Shown in pieces: positions 1 to 9,100 of a stretch of 64,000 nt of DNA (position 1 is the first letter of the stretch; each line of letters opens with the position of its first letter). The position numbers and the translations under genes were made by a program. The stretch is from Terriglobia bacterium (GTDB taxonomy: Bacteria; Acidobacteriota; Terriglobia; Bryobacterales; Bryobacteraceae), in contig CAVWRA010000010.1 in assembly GCA_963757265.1 (NCBI GenBank), positions 344,627 to 408,626 on the forward strand, read 5' to 3'. The notes below the pieces were generated by a model. That model ran no database searches, was not told the DNA's origin, and saw only the letters and a list, made by a program, of their open reading frames with translations.

Positions 1-135
1 GAAGCCCAGCGCGCCGCGGATCGGCACCGCCGCGTTGGCCGGGAAGACCAGTCGCGCCGCGGGCCGCACCCGCGCCTTGACCGCCAGTACCTCGAAGCTG
101 CAGCCCTCGCCCACGGCCCCCTCATTGTGCCGCAC
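1..135 (-). CDS. N-terminal fragment of an unidentified protein (gene runs off the left edge)
   Basis: Minus-strand frame from GTG at 135 reads VRHNEGAVGEGCSFEVLAVKARVRPAARLVFPANAAVPIRGALGF with strong G/C third-position bias. Only 45 codons are visible, so no family assignment. Divergent from thrC. Confidence 0.3.
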   Translation of the reverse strand, partial: MRHNEGAVGEGCSFEVLAVKARVRPAARLVFPANAAVPIRGALGF

Positions 136-162
136 ATTCCGCCCCTCGGGCCAGCTTGAACA

Positions 163-1455
163 TTGTCCTCATTGAACCGTGGCGCGTTTGTCCCGGCTCC
201 GGCTTCGGTAAAATGCAACCTGCAGGCCATGACGACACTGACCCACCTCGAATGCAGCCTCTGCGGGCGCCACTTTCCCACCGGCCAGGTGCTGAACCTG
301 TGCCCCTGCGGCGGACCCCTCCTGGCGCGCTACGACCTGGCCGCCGCGCGCCAGAGCTGGAGCCGCGAATGGATCCTCTCCGGGCCTTCTTCCATGTGGC
401 GCTACGCCCCCGTCCTGCCGGTCAACAAGCCGGCCTCGATGATCACCCTGGGCGAAGGCTGGACCCCGTTGATCCGCTCCCAGGGCTTCGCCCGCGCGTG
501 TGGCGCCGAGGAGCTGTGGATCAAGGACGACGGCATCAACCCCACCGGCTCGTTCAAGGCCCGGGGCCTGGCGTGCTGCATTTCGATGTGCCGTGAGCTA
601 GGCGTCGCCAAGGTCGCTCTGGGCTCTGCCGGCAACGCCGCCAGTGCGGCCGCAGCCTACGCCGCCGCGGCCGGCCTGGAGGCCCATATCTTCATGCCGC
701 GAGACGTGCCCCAGGCCAACTACATCGAGTGCAAAAGCTACGGCGCGCACGTCACGCTGGTGGACGGCCTGATCTCGGACTGCGTCCGCAAGGTGGGCGA
801 ACGCAAGGACGCCGAGGGCTGGTTCGACGTCAACACGCTGCGCGAACCGTACCGCATCGAAGGCAAGAAAACGATGGGCTATGAAATCGCCGAGCAGTTC
901 CGCTGGAGCCTGCCGGACGCGATTCTCTATCCCACCGGCGGCGGTGTCGGCCTGATCGGCATGTGGAAAGCTTTCGACGAGCTGGAGCAACTCGGCTGGA
1001 CGGGCGCGCAGCGGCCCAAGATGATCGTCGTCCAGGCCGCCGGCTGCGCGCCGCTGGTTCGCGCGTTCGAGCAGGGCGCCGAGCGGACCGAGTTCTGGCC
1101 CAACGCCGCAACCGTTTGCAGCGGCCTGCGGGTCCCTAAGCCGCTGGGGGATTTCCTGATCCTGCGCGCGGTGCGGGCGAGCGCCGGAACCTGCATCGCC
1201 ATCCCCGACCGCGAGGCGCTGGAAGCGGGCGTAGAGGCGGCGCGCCTGGATGGCGTCTTCCCGGCCCCCGAGGGGGCGGCCTGCTTCGCCGCCGTGCGCC
1301 GGCTCCTGCGCTCCGGCTTCCTCCAGCCCAGTGAGCGCATCGTGATCTATAACACCGGCACCGGCCTGAAGTATATCGAAGCGTATTCCACTCTATTTCC
1401 CCGAACCATTGAATCCGAAGCCAATAAACTGGGCGGGCTGATCACGCCGCGCTAG
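163..1455 (+). CDS. thrC: threonine synthase (PLP-dependent)
   Basis: 430-aa ORF. N-terminal Cys cluster LECSLCGRHF..LCPCGG, PLP-lysine motif GSFKARG, glycine loop PTGGGVGLIG. The real start is more likely ATG 229 (MTTLTHLEC). Confidence 0.85.
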   Translation: MSSLNRGAFVPAPASVKCNLQAMTTLTHLECSLCGRHFPTGQVLNLCPCGGPLLARYDLAAARQSWSREWILSGPSSMWRYAPVLPVNKPASMITLGEGWTPLIRSQGFARACGAEELWIKDDGINPTGSFKARGLACCISMCRELGVAKVALGSAGNAASAAAAYAAAAGLEAHIFMPRDVPQANYIECKSYGAHVTLVDGLISDCVRKVGERKDAEGWFDVNTLREPYRIEGKKTMGYEIAEQFRWSLPDAILYPTGGGVGLIGMWKAFDELEQLGWTGAQRPKMIVVQAAGCAPLVRAFEQGAERTEFWPNAATVCSGLRVPKPLGDFLILRAVRASAGTCIAIPDREALEAGVEAARLDGVFPAPEGAACFAAVRRLLRSGFLQPSERIVIYNTGTGLKYIEAYSTLFPRTIESEANKLGGLITPR

Positions 1456-1640
1456 CAGTGCTCGGGAGCGTCTACCGCGCACCCCTGCAGAAGCATCCGC
1501 CGGCCCGGCAACAGCGGCGCAACGAGTCCGGCGGCGGCGCATCCAATGGACATTGGGAGTTCGGCGGCTTCCGGCTTGCCGAAACAGTCAACCGCGTTTA
1601 AGATTGATCTTTTCAGGGCCGGCGTTGCACCGATAGCAGA

Positions 1641-1946
1641 ATGGCTGTTCAGACGAGTATGGGATTAGCGCAGGTCATCCCCCAGCGATGGGAAGATTTC
1701 GATCCGACGGACATCCAGCGGGAAGCCGCGATGTTCTACGGGCTGTTCCTGCGCGGCCACAATGCGGAGCAGTTGAGGCGCGATATCGAGATCCCCAGGG
1801 AGATCTTCGACCGCTGGCTGCAGCATCCTCTGTACGACGGCGATTTCCGCGAAAGTGTCAAGAGAATCTATTACTTCCGCAAGAAAGTTCTAGCTGTTTT
1901 CGACGAATTGATCGATCGGGAGCGCATCCGCCTGCGCACGCAGTAG
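1641..1946 (+). CDS. hypothetical small soluble protein (101 aa)
   Basis: Open frame with coding-like codon usage. Charged helical sequence, no recognisable motif. Confidence 0.45.
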   Translation: MAVQTSMGLAQVIPQRWEDFDPTDIQREAAMFYGLFLRGHNAEQLRRDIEIPREIFDRWLQHPLYDGDFRESVKRIYYFRKKVLAVFDELIDRERIRLRTQ

Positions 1947-2210
1947 CGCGGACGATCCTCGATTGCGCCCCAAGCGCTCCGCTGGCGGCGAGCGGCGCGG
2001 GTAGAAGCGTGGCATCCCGCCGATTCCGGCCTCCCGTGGTCCATACTCCCGTCCGAGCAACAGCGATAGCCAGTTCGCGCCGGACCCGGTACGCTGCCTC
2101 CCGGAATTCCCGGCAGGATGATTAGCAGATTCATATTAGGAGTCGGATGGCGAAAACTAGCCGAAAGCTATTACTATCGGGGTGGATCGCTAGTACGGGC
2201 ATTACTTCTC

Positions 2211-2239
2211 TTGAACAAGTACCAATTGTTCTTTACAAT
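2211..2239 (+). promoter_or_regulatory. sigma70-like promoter candidate for the LuxR-type response regulator
   Basis: TTGAAC (2211-2216), 17-nt spacer, TACAAT (2234-2239), inside an AT-rich intergenic stretch about 110 nt upstream of ATG 2348. A 6-bp hairpin ACCGGC-cgatga-GCCGGT lies in the predicted leader. Confidence 0.4.
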
Positions 2240-2347
2240 CGATACATTGGATTAAACCGGCCGATGAGCCGGTACGACGGAGATTCGCGTTATGTGCGGC
2301 GGTAGATCGAACTTGGCAAGATCTAAAACGGGAGACACATCGGCCTC

Positions 2348-3046
2348 ATGGACGAGATGGGAGAAAAGACCAGAATCCGGGTGGTCATTGCGGACGATCA
2401 CCCGATTGTAAGGGACGGGCTACGCAGATTACTTACCGCTGAGGAGGATATCGAAGTCGTTGGCGAGGCGGCCGACGGGCGTGAACTGTTGCAACATGTC
2501 CAAGCCTGGCGGCCGGACGTGATCCTGCTCGACCTGCGGATGCCGAACACCGACGGGTTGACGGCGCTGCAGACCCTTCAAAGTGCAAACGACCCCGCCA
2601 AGGTCATCATTCTCACGGCCTCCGAGGACAAGAACGAGTTTGTGCAGGCCATGAAGCTGGGCTGTGCCGGGATCGTGCTGAAACAGACTTCGGCGGATCT
2701 GATCATCAAGAGCATTCGCAAGGTCCACTCGGGCGAGATCTGGCTCGATCAGCACACCACTGCCGCGGTGATGCGCCAATTCGCCGCCACCGAAGCCGCC
2801 ACCAGCGTCGGCAAGACCCGGGAGCGCGCGCCGTTGAGTGCCAGAGAACATGAGATCGTGGCCCTCGTGGCCCAGGGTTACAAGAACAAAGAGATGGCGG
2901 AGAAGATGTTCATCTCCGAGCAGACGGTAAAGAACCATCTGCACAACATTTTCGACAAGCTGGGGGTCTCCGACCGCCTGGAGCTGGCCCTGTACGCCAT
3001 CCACAAGGGTCTGCATCTGGCGAATGCCGAAGAAGAAAAGAAGTAA
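2348..3046 (+). CDS. two-component response regulator, NarL/FixJ family (REC + LuxR-type HTH)
   Basis: Canonical receiver: IADDHP acidic pocket, DVILLDLRMPNTDG with phospho-acceptor Asp, ILTAS, K in VLKQ. C-terminal LSAREHEIVALVAQGYKNKEMAEKMFISEQTVKNHLHNIFDKLGV is a GerE/LuxR HTH. Confidence 0.9.
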   Translation: MDEMGEKTRIRVVIADDHPIVRDGLRRLLTAEEDIEVVGEAADGRELLQHVQAWRPDVILLDLRMPNTDGLTALQTLQSANDPAKVIILTASEDKNEFVQAMKLGCAGIVLKQTSADLIIKSIRKVHSGEIWLDQHTTAAVMRQFAATEAATSVGKTRERAPLSAREHEIVALVAQGYKNKEMAEKMFISEQTVKNHLHNIFDKLGVSDRLELALYAIHKGLHLANAEEEKK

Positions 3047-3168
3047 CGCCTGCGGGGCTGCCCGGCCGGCGCCCGTCTGCAGGCCTTCGACCCGCCCCAA
3101 GCTATACAAGGCTTCATCGAATCTGCACAAAATGGCTTGCGTCGGACCGCACCGGAAGCCTAGGATCA

Positions 3169-3546
3169 ATGCAGGAGAACTTTGAGATGCAATTATCTCT
3201 TAAGTGGCTGATGCCGCTCTTTATTCTGAGCGTGGCCACCCCTCCGATGCTTCTCGCTCAAGAATCGCTTCCTCGCTTCACCTCGGTCGATCCGACCGCC
3301 GGGAAAGTCGGCACTGTGATCAATGTCACGGGCGAAAACATTGGGAAGAACGTCGTCGCCAAGGTGTATTTCACCGATGGGCAGAACGACATCGAAGTGC
3401 TTGCGACGGATCATACGGATACGAGTTTGAAGGTGAAGATTCCCGCCGAGGCGAAGGTGGGCGTCCACTACAAGCTGATGATTCTGACTCGCGGCAAGGA
3501 CCCCAAGCTGATCGAACAGCCGGTGCGAGTCGAAGTTCAGGAGTAG
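3169..3546 (+). CDS. small secreted IPT/TIG-domain protein
   Basis: Signal-like N-terminus (LKWLMPLFILSVATPPMLLAQ), then PRFTSVDPTAGKVGTVINVTGENIG...LKVKIPAEAKVG, typical of IPT/TIG Ig-like folds. Start may be the internal ATG (MQLSLKW). Confidence 0.6.
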   Translation: MQENFEMQLSLKWLMPLFILSVATPPMLLAQESLPRFTSVDPTAGKVGTVINVTGENIGKNVVAKVYFTDGQNDIEVLATDHTDTSLKVKIPAEAKVGVHYKLMILTRGKDPKLIEQPVRVEVQE

Positions 3547-3606
3547 AGCCCGCGCGCCGCTGCTAAGATCGGAGGGAGCACGGCCGCCGGGCCGTGATCG
3601 CCGGTC

Positions 3607-5064
3607 ATGTCAGCTCCCCATCACGCTTTCCAGTACGACCTGTTCGTCCTCGGTTCCGGGCCGGCCGGAATGCGCGCGGCCATTCAAGCCGCGAAGGCCG
3701 GGCGGAGCGTGGCGCTGGCCGAGAAAAAGAGCGTCGTCGGCGGCGTCTCGGTCAACACGGGCACAATTCCCTCGAAGACGTTCCGCGAGGCTGTCCTGGA
3801 GCTTTCCGGCTATCGCGACCGCGAGTTTCACGGCCTGGCCTGGACGGTGCGGCAGAAGATCTCCGCGGCCGACCTGTTGGACCGTGTCGGCACAGTAGTG
3901 CGCCACGAAATAGACGTCACGCGCTACCAGTTGCTGCGTAACAACATCGAAGTGATCGCCGCAGCCGCGTCGTTTCTGGACCCGCACACGCTGCGGCTCG
4001 AACTGGTCGAGGGCGGCTCGCGCACCGTCACGGCCGATAAGATTCTCGTCGCCACCGGCACGGAAGCCACGCGCGATCCGCATATCCCGTTCGACGGCAG
4101 CGCAATCCTCACCAGCGACGACATTCTGCATCTGGACGGCCTGCCCCGCACGCTGGCGGTGGTCGGCGCGGGGGTGATCGGCTGTGAGTACGCCAGCATG
4201 TTCGCGGCGCTCGGCGTGCGCGTCACGCTGGTGGACCGGCGCCCGCGGCTGCTGCCCTTCGTCGACAGCGAGATCGCAGAGACCCTGGCCTATCACCTGC
4301 GCGAGAACCGCGTGACGATGCGTCTGAACGAGTCGGTTTCGACGATCGAGAAGTATCAGGACCTTGACGGCGCCCGCATCCGGCTGGTGCTCGAAAGCAG
4401 CAAGCATATCGTCGCCGACAAGGCGCTGTACTCGATCGGCCGAACCGGCAATACCTCCCGGCTCAACCTCGAGGCCGCCGGCCTGGCGGCCGACTCGCGC
4501 GGCCGGCTCGAGGTCAATGAGCATTACCAGACTGCGGTGCCCAACATTTACGCCGCGGGTGACGTGATCGGCTTCCCGAGCCTGTCTTCCACGTCGATGG
4601 AACAGGGCCGCCTGGCCGCCTGCCACATGTTCGGCCTGCAGGCCAACAGCTTTCCCGAGTTCCTGCCCTACGGCATCTACACGATCCCCGAGATCTCCAT
4701 GGTGGGCCGCAACGAGGAGGAGCTGACCCGCGACGGCGTGCAATACGAGGTGGGCAAGGCGCGCTACCGTGAGATTGCGCGCGGCCAGATCATCGGCGAC
4801 ACCACCGGCCTGCTGAAGCTGCTGTTCCATGGCCAGACGCGGCAGTTGCTGGGGGTGCACATCATCGGCCACGGGGCCAGCGAGTTGGTCCACATCGGGC
4901 AGGCTGTGCTGTCGTTCGGCGGCAAGATCGATTACTTCGTCGATACCGTTTTCAACTACCCGACGCTGGCCGAATGCTACAAATCGGCCGCCTTCGACGG
5001 CCTGAATCGGATGGGCTGGCCAGGGCCGCAAGGCGCGGGCGGGGAGAGTTCCAGCGAGACGTAG
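3607..5064 (+). CDS. sthA: soluble pyridine nucleotide transhydrogenase / flavoprotein disulfide-reductase family
   Basis: FAD motif VLGSGPAGMRAA, NAD motif VVGAGVIGCEYAS, AAGDVIG, and C-terminal dimerisation domain with HIIGHGASELVH. No redox-active CxxxxC, as in SthA. Confidence 0.8.
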   Translation: MSAPHHAFQYDLFVLGSGPAGMRAAIQAAKAGRSVALAEKKSVVGGVSVNTGTIPSKTFREAVLELSGYRDREFHGLAWTVRQKISAADLLDRVGTVVRHEIDVTRYQLLRNNIEVIAAAASFLDPHTLRLELVEGGSRTVTADKILVATGTEATRDPHIPFDGSAILTSDDILHLDGLPRTLAVVGAGVIGCEYASMFAALGVRVTLVDRRPRLLPFVDSEIAETLAYHLRENRVTMRLNESVSTIEKYQDLDGARIRLVLESSKHIVADKALYSIGRTGNTSRLNLEAAGLAADSRGRLEVNEHYQTAVPNIYAAGDVIGFPSLSSTSMEQGRLAACHMFGLQANSFPEFLPYGIYTIPEISMVGRNEEELTRDGVQYEVGKARYREIARGQIIGDTTGLLKLLFHGQTRQLLGVHIIGHGASELVHIGQAVLSFGGKIDYFVDTVFNYPTLAECYKSAAFDGLNRMGWPGPQGAGGESSSET

Positions 5065-5098
5065 ACAGCGGTCAGCTGTCAGCACGAACTGAATTATC

Positions 5099-6274
5099 AT
5101 GGACTTTACTGGGAAGCCCAAAAGGGAAATCCCGGTTGAAGCCGAAGTCACCAACTATATGGAGCGTGTCATGCAGCGTAGCCGCTTTCGCCGGCCGTTG
5201 TCGATTGTTGGCCTCGTCTTCTTGGTAGCGTTCATCGCCGGTAGTGGCGGAGCGGGGGGGACCTACTACCGTATCGTGTTCGGCGCGCTGCCACTTGCCC
5301 TTGCTCTGAGCTGCTTCGGCGGCGTGGCATATCTATCCGGATCCGACGCGCGCCGGCATGCCTGGATCGTGTCCGGCATCGCCTGTTGGCTACTCGCCGC
5401 GGGCGTGCTGGCAATCTGGATCCGGCCGGCGATCGTCGGCGTTCACAAGCAAGAACCAGCTTTTCGGCGGGTGCACATCCTCGTGACCCAGCCACAGGAT
5501 CATTTCCGCGCAACGCTGTTTGCGGAATTGCAACCGGTCGAGCTGGCGGATTGCCGGTTGGAACGATTCGGCGAGCCGAACGATGGCGGGTACCTGATGT
5601 GCGGCAACCTGCTCGGCTCGGTAAAGGCGGGCTACTCTTACGGCATCAATGGGTACGACAAGTGGGGATGCGACATTGCGAGCAAACTCAACGTGCGCGT
5701 CCATCAGTACGACTGTTTTAATCTGCGCCGGCCATCGTGCTCGAGCGGCACCACGGTCTTTCATCCCGATTGCATCGGTCCATCGCGACAGACCGACGAG
5801 AAGGGACGGCTCTTCGATACATTGGAGAACCAGTTCGCGGCAAACGGTGACGGTGCCAGCCGCGTTGTAGTCAAGATGGACGTCGAAGGCGCCGAATGGG
5901 ATACGCTGCAGCAGGCGCCGTCCTCGCTTCTGGAGCGCATCGATCAGCTCGCTATCGAGATGCACCACCTAGGCTCGGAACAGCAAATCGCAGTGGTGCG
6001 CCGGTTAAAGGAATTCTTCTACCTCGCGCATTTGCACTACAACAACTCTGCCTGCGCCGATCGGATGGATCCGTTTCCCGCAATCGCGGTCGAAGCTCTG
6101 TTTGTGAACAAGCGGCTTACAACCGCTGGCAGCCCGTTGGCAACGCGAATCCATCCGCTTGATGCGGTAAACAACCCCGACGCGCCCGACTGCCAGGAGC
6201 CGGTCGGCCGTTGGAGCAATCCGATCACGATTCCACGCGTTCTACGGAACTTCACCTTCCGCATGGTCCATTGA
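5099..6274 (+). CDS. membrane-anchored FkbM/Methyltransf_21-like protein
   Basis: About four N-terminal hydrophobic segments, then GEPNDGGYLMCGNL...GYSYGINGYDKWGCD and KMDVEGAEWDTL, resembling FkbM-family (METTL24-like) methyltransferases. Lies between the two sthA 3' repeats. Confidence 0.55.
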   Translation: MDFTGKPKREIPVEAEVTNYMERVMQRSRFRRPLSIVGLVFLVAFIAGSGGAGGTYYRIVFGALPLALALSCFGGVAYLSGSDARRHAWIVSGIACWLLAAGVLAIWIRPAIVGVHKQEPAFRRVHILVTQPQDHFRATLFAELQPVELADCRLERFGEPNDGGYLMCGNLLGSVKAGYSYGINGYDKWGCDIASKLNVRVHQYDCFNLRRPSCSSGTTVFHPDCIGPSRQTDEKGRLFDTLENQFAANGDGASRVVVKMDVEGAEWDTLQQAPSSLLERIDQLAIEMHHLGSEQQIAVVRRLKEFFYLAHLHYNNSACADRMDPFPAIAVEALFVNKRLTTAGSPLATRIHPLDAVNNPDAPDCQEPVGRWSNPITIPRVLRNFTFRMVH

Positions 6275-6679
6275 AGCGCCGGCAGGAATTGCGTCTCACA
6301 AGCCACTCTTCTGCTCGCACTGGGCACGGGTGTGCGGCGGCCGTCTCGACCGATGCCGCCCCAAGCGTATCTCCCCCAGGGAGTTGTGGCTCCTGAAGGG
6401 ACCACACTCGAGGCACAATGTCATGCCGCCGGCGGGCCGCCTCCATCTGCTCCGCCGCCCGGCGATTGGTCTGCTTTGTGGACTCGCGGACCACCTCGCC
6501 GCGCGCGAGTAAATCCGGTTTGCGCCGTTCGGGGAACTTGAGATACTGGCGTAGTTATGTCTCAAACACATAGCAACGAACTCGCCGGCAGAGACCGCCG
6601 AAGATATTGTTTTGGGGTTGCCGGTTAGTCGACCGCCCCGGCCGATCTCTCGCGTCTACAGTGCAATGTTGGCAGCTGA

Positions 6680-7165
6680 ATGCTGAATGCTGACCGCCGA
6701 TCGCTGCAAGGTGGCCGCCTGGCCGCCTGCCACATGTTCGGCCTGCACGCCAACAGCTTTCCCGAGTTCCTGCCCTACGGCATCTACACGATCCCCGAAA
6801 TTTCCATGGTCGGCCGCAACGAGGAGGAGCTGACCCGCGACGGCGTGCAATACGAGGTGGGCAAGGCGCGCTACCGCGAGATTGCGCGCGGCCAGATCAT
6901 CGGCGACACCACCGGCCTGCTGAAGCTGCTGTTCCATGGCCAGACGCGGCAGTTGCTGGGGGTGCACATCATCGGCCACGGGGCCAGCGAGCTGGTCCAC
7001 ATCGGGCAGGCTGTGCTGTCGTTCGGCGGCAAGATCGATTATTTCGTCGATACCGTTTTTAACTACCCGACGCTGGCCGAATGCTACAAATCGGCCGCCT
7101 TCGACGGCCTGAACCGGATGGGCTGGCCGGGGCCGGCGGCGGCGCAAGAACCCGAATCGGCATAG
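6680..7165 (+). pseudogene. displaced duplicate of the sthA 3' end (dimerisation-domain fragment; still an open 161-codon ORF)
   Basis: 6713-7135 aligns without gaps to 4606-5028 (offset 2107 bp). 10 mismatches by hand count. There is no upstream FAD/NAD domain. Confidence 0.8.
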
Positions 7166-7274
7166 TGCGCCGGAGGAGCGATCCCTGCGGCTGCGTGCCT
7201 CCTATCCGGCGCGAGCGGGTATCGAATATACTTGACAGTCGGGAAGCCGGAGCACAATCGGGATAACGGCCGCT

Positions 7275-8111
7275 TTGGGCGCGCTTCTGGCATCCGTTCC
7301 AACGCGAGCTGGATTTAGTAAAGGAAGCGGAAATATTACTCCGATGCAACCTCAAACAGGCCTGCCCCAGGAAAAACAGCCTAAACCAAGATGGCTTCAG
7401 CCGTTCATGAGTGCTTTTTTGTGGCTGTTCATTGGTTTGGCTGTCTCCACCGTGTTCTGGAATTTACCTTTTCGTTCCAGGATCGCCAGGAATGCAGCGA
7501 ATGCTTACCATATCTGGTCCTACAACAGTGCGGAAACCACCTGGGACAACACACATTGGCTGGGTGTCGCAGTGCGGAAGTCCCCGCTGGATCTATGGAT
7601 CTACCAAGAGATACTCTACGAGACCAAACCGGACGTACTGATCGAGGCGGGCACCTACAAGGGCGGCAGCGCGTACTACTTCGCCTCCATCTTCGACCTG
7701 ATGAAACACGGCCGCGTGCTCACGATCGACATCCTGGATTTTCCTGAAAAACCGAAACACGACCGCATCGCGTTTTTCCTCGGGTCCTCGACGTCGGACA
7801 CCATCCTCAACGCCATCCGCGCTGCGATCAAGCCTGGCGAGAGTGTCATGGTCTCGCTCGACTCCGACCATCACAAGAACCATGTCCTCAAGGAACTCCG
7901 GCTATACAGCGGACTGGTCACGAAGGGTAATTATCTGGTCGTGGAAGACACAGACATTAATGGCCACCCGGTCTATCCGGACTATGGTCCCGGGCCGATG
8001 GAAGCGGTGCAGGAATTCCTCCGAGACAACCACGACTTCATCTCCGACCATTCCCGGGAGAAGTTCGGTGTCACATTTAATCCCGAGGGTTGGCTGAAGA
8101 AAACACGCTGA
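7275..8111 (+). CDS. cephalosporin hydroxylase (CmcI)-family class I SAM-dependent methyltransferase, N-terminal TM anchor
   Basis: LIEAGTYKGGSAYYFASIFDL, VLTIDI, SLDSDHHKNHVLKELRLY, YLVVEDTDING match the CmcI / rhamnosyl-O-methyltransferase family. Likely start ATG 7344 (MQPQ). TM segment WLQPFMSAFLWLFIGLAVSTVFW. Confidence 0.7.
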   Translation: MGALLASVPTRAGFSKGSGNITPMQPQTGLPQEKQPKPRWLQPFMSAFLWLFIGLAVSTVFWNLPFRSRIARNAANAYHIWSYNSAETTWDNTHWLGVAVRKSPLDLWIYQEILYETKPDVLIEAGTYKGGSAYYFASIFDLMKHGRVLTIDILDFPEKPKHDRIAFFLGSSTSDTILNAIRAAIKPGESVMVSLDSDHHKNHVLKELRLYSGLVTKGNYLVVEDTDINGHPVYPDYGPGPMEAVQEFLRDNHDFISDHSREKFGVTFNPEGWLKKTR

Positions 8112-8272
8112 ACTTGCGGTCAGGCCGGCCTACTCTCGGCCCTCCGCTATGCGGCCGCGCCAACATCGAATCCCATCCGCAGGCTGATCGCTTGCAGAGC
8201 GATAAGAGCTGATGGCTGAGAGCTGATCGCCGATTGCCGAATGCTGCCAGATGACGGCCTGCCCGCGGTGTC

Positions 8273-8833
8273 CTACGGCAAGTACTCCGGCGGCAAGGGG
8301 CGTTCGGGGCTCTCGGCGTCCCAGTAGACCGTCACAACGCGCCATTCCGCGCCATCGTGGAACAGCTGGATGCTGTTGATGCCCCTTGCATAGGGCTTGG
8401 CATCATCCGAATTGCGGAAACTGGCGTACGTGCTGAAGGCCTGGAACAGGGCTCCGTAGCGCATCTCGCGGCGCGCGATTTCGCGTTCGAAAAAGCCCGT
8501 GTGCTCCACCATCGGCGTGGCCCGCGCCACGTAATCCTCAGGCGTCAGCAGGCGCAGATCCGCCGGGCCTTGCGCCGGCCGCGCGACCACGATCAGCCGC
8601 GCCCCGGGCACGAACAGGTTGCGGAAACGCTCCCAGTCGCGCGCCTGGCCGGCGGGGCCAGAGATGACGTCGTAGAGCGCCTTCATGAGGCTGCCCGGCG
8701 AGCTCAGGTCCGCAGCCCGGGCCCCGGGCGCCGGTTGGCCCGGCGCGGCGGGCGGTCCGGCCTGCCGTTGCGCCTGGGCAAGCCCCGCGACGCTTACGGC
8801 CGTAAGCACAAGAGCAGTCAATATTCGCTTCAT
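8273..8833 (-). CDS. secreted hypothetical protein (NTF2/SnoaL-like fold suspected)
   Basis: Signal peptide MKRILTALVLTAVSVAGLAQA from ATG 8833. The ORF-track start at 8965 adds an Arg-rich, non-protein-like extension. The fold assignment is a guess from size and pattern only. Confidence 0.5.
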   Translation of the reverse strand: MKRILTALVLTAVSVAGLAQAQRQAGPPAAPGQPAPGARAADLSSPGSLMKALYDVISGPAGQARDWERFRNLFVPGARLIVVARPAQGPADLRLLTPEDYVARATPMVEHTGFFEREIARREMRYGALFQAFSTYASFRNSDDAKPYARGINSIQLFHDGAEWRVVTVYWDAESPERPLPPEYLP

Positions 8834-9100
8834 TTTCGATCCCTTTGAGAATACTGGTTCCATGCGCCGACTGAGTTGGCAGCAGGTTCCGGGAGCGAGC
8901 ACCCCAGCGGCTAACCGGAGCCGCCGCAACAGCATTGCCGTGTACCGTCGCCTGCACATCTTCACGCCACGGCGGCATCAGAGGGCGGATTGCTCCCGCG
9001 CGCGGCCAACCCCTCGCCCCAATACCTTATCGCACACCACCGCATGGGTGTCGCTACAGTGGAGTGAAGGGCCCGGAGAGGAGCAGGCGGAGGCGATGAC

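Noticed and set aside
1-135. The left-edge fragment (..LVFPANAAVPIRGALGF) reminded me of N-termini of Cas6/RAMP-like proteins.
   Set aside because: Only 45 residues are visible, the resemblance is impressionistic, and there is no CRISPR or cas context in the window. Left as unidentified.
3610-5154. Very long antisense or alternative-frame ORFs: 3610-5154(-), 8978-10276(-), 11041-12360(-), 13495-15096(+), 19720-21891(-), 21168-22451(+), 45012-46016(+), 50630-51703(-), 51934-53260(-), 62144-63997(-) and similar.
   Set aside because: They mirror well-supported genes on the other strand or frame. They are Arg/Ala/Gly/Pro-rich with no motifs. They are the expected stop-codon-poor artefacts of GC-rich DNA.
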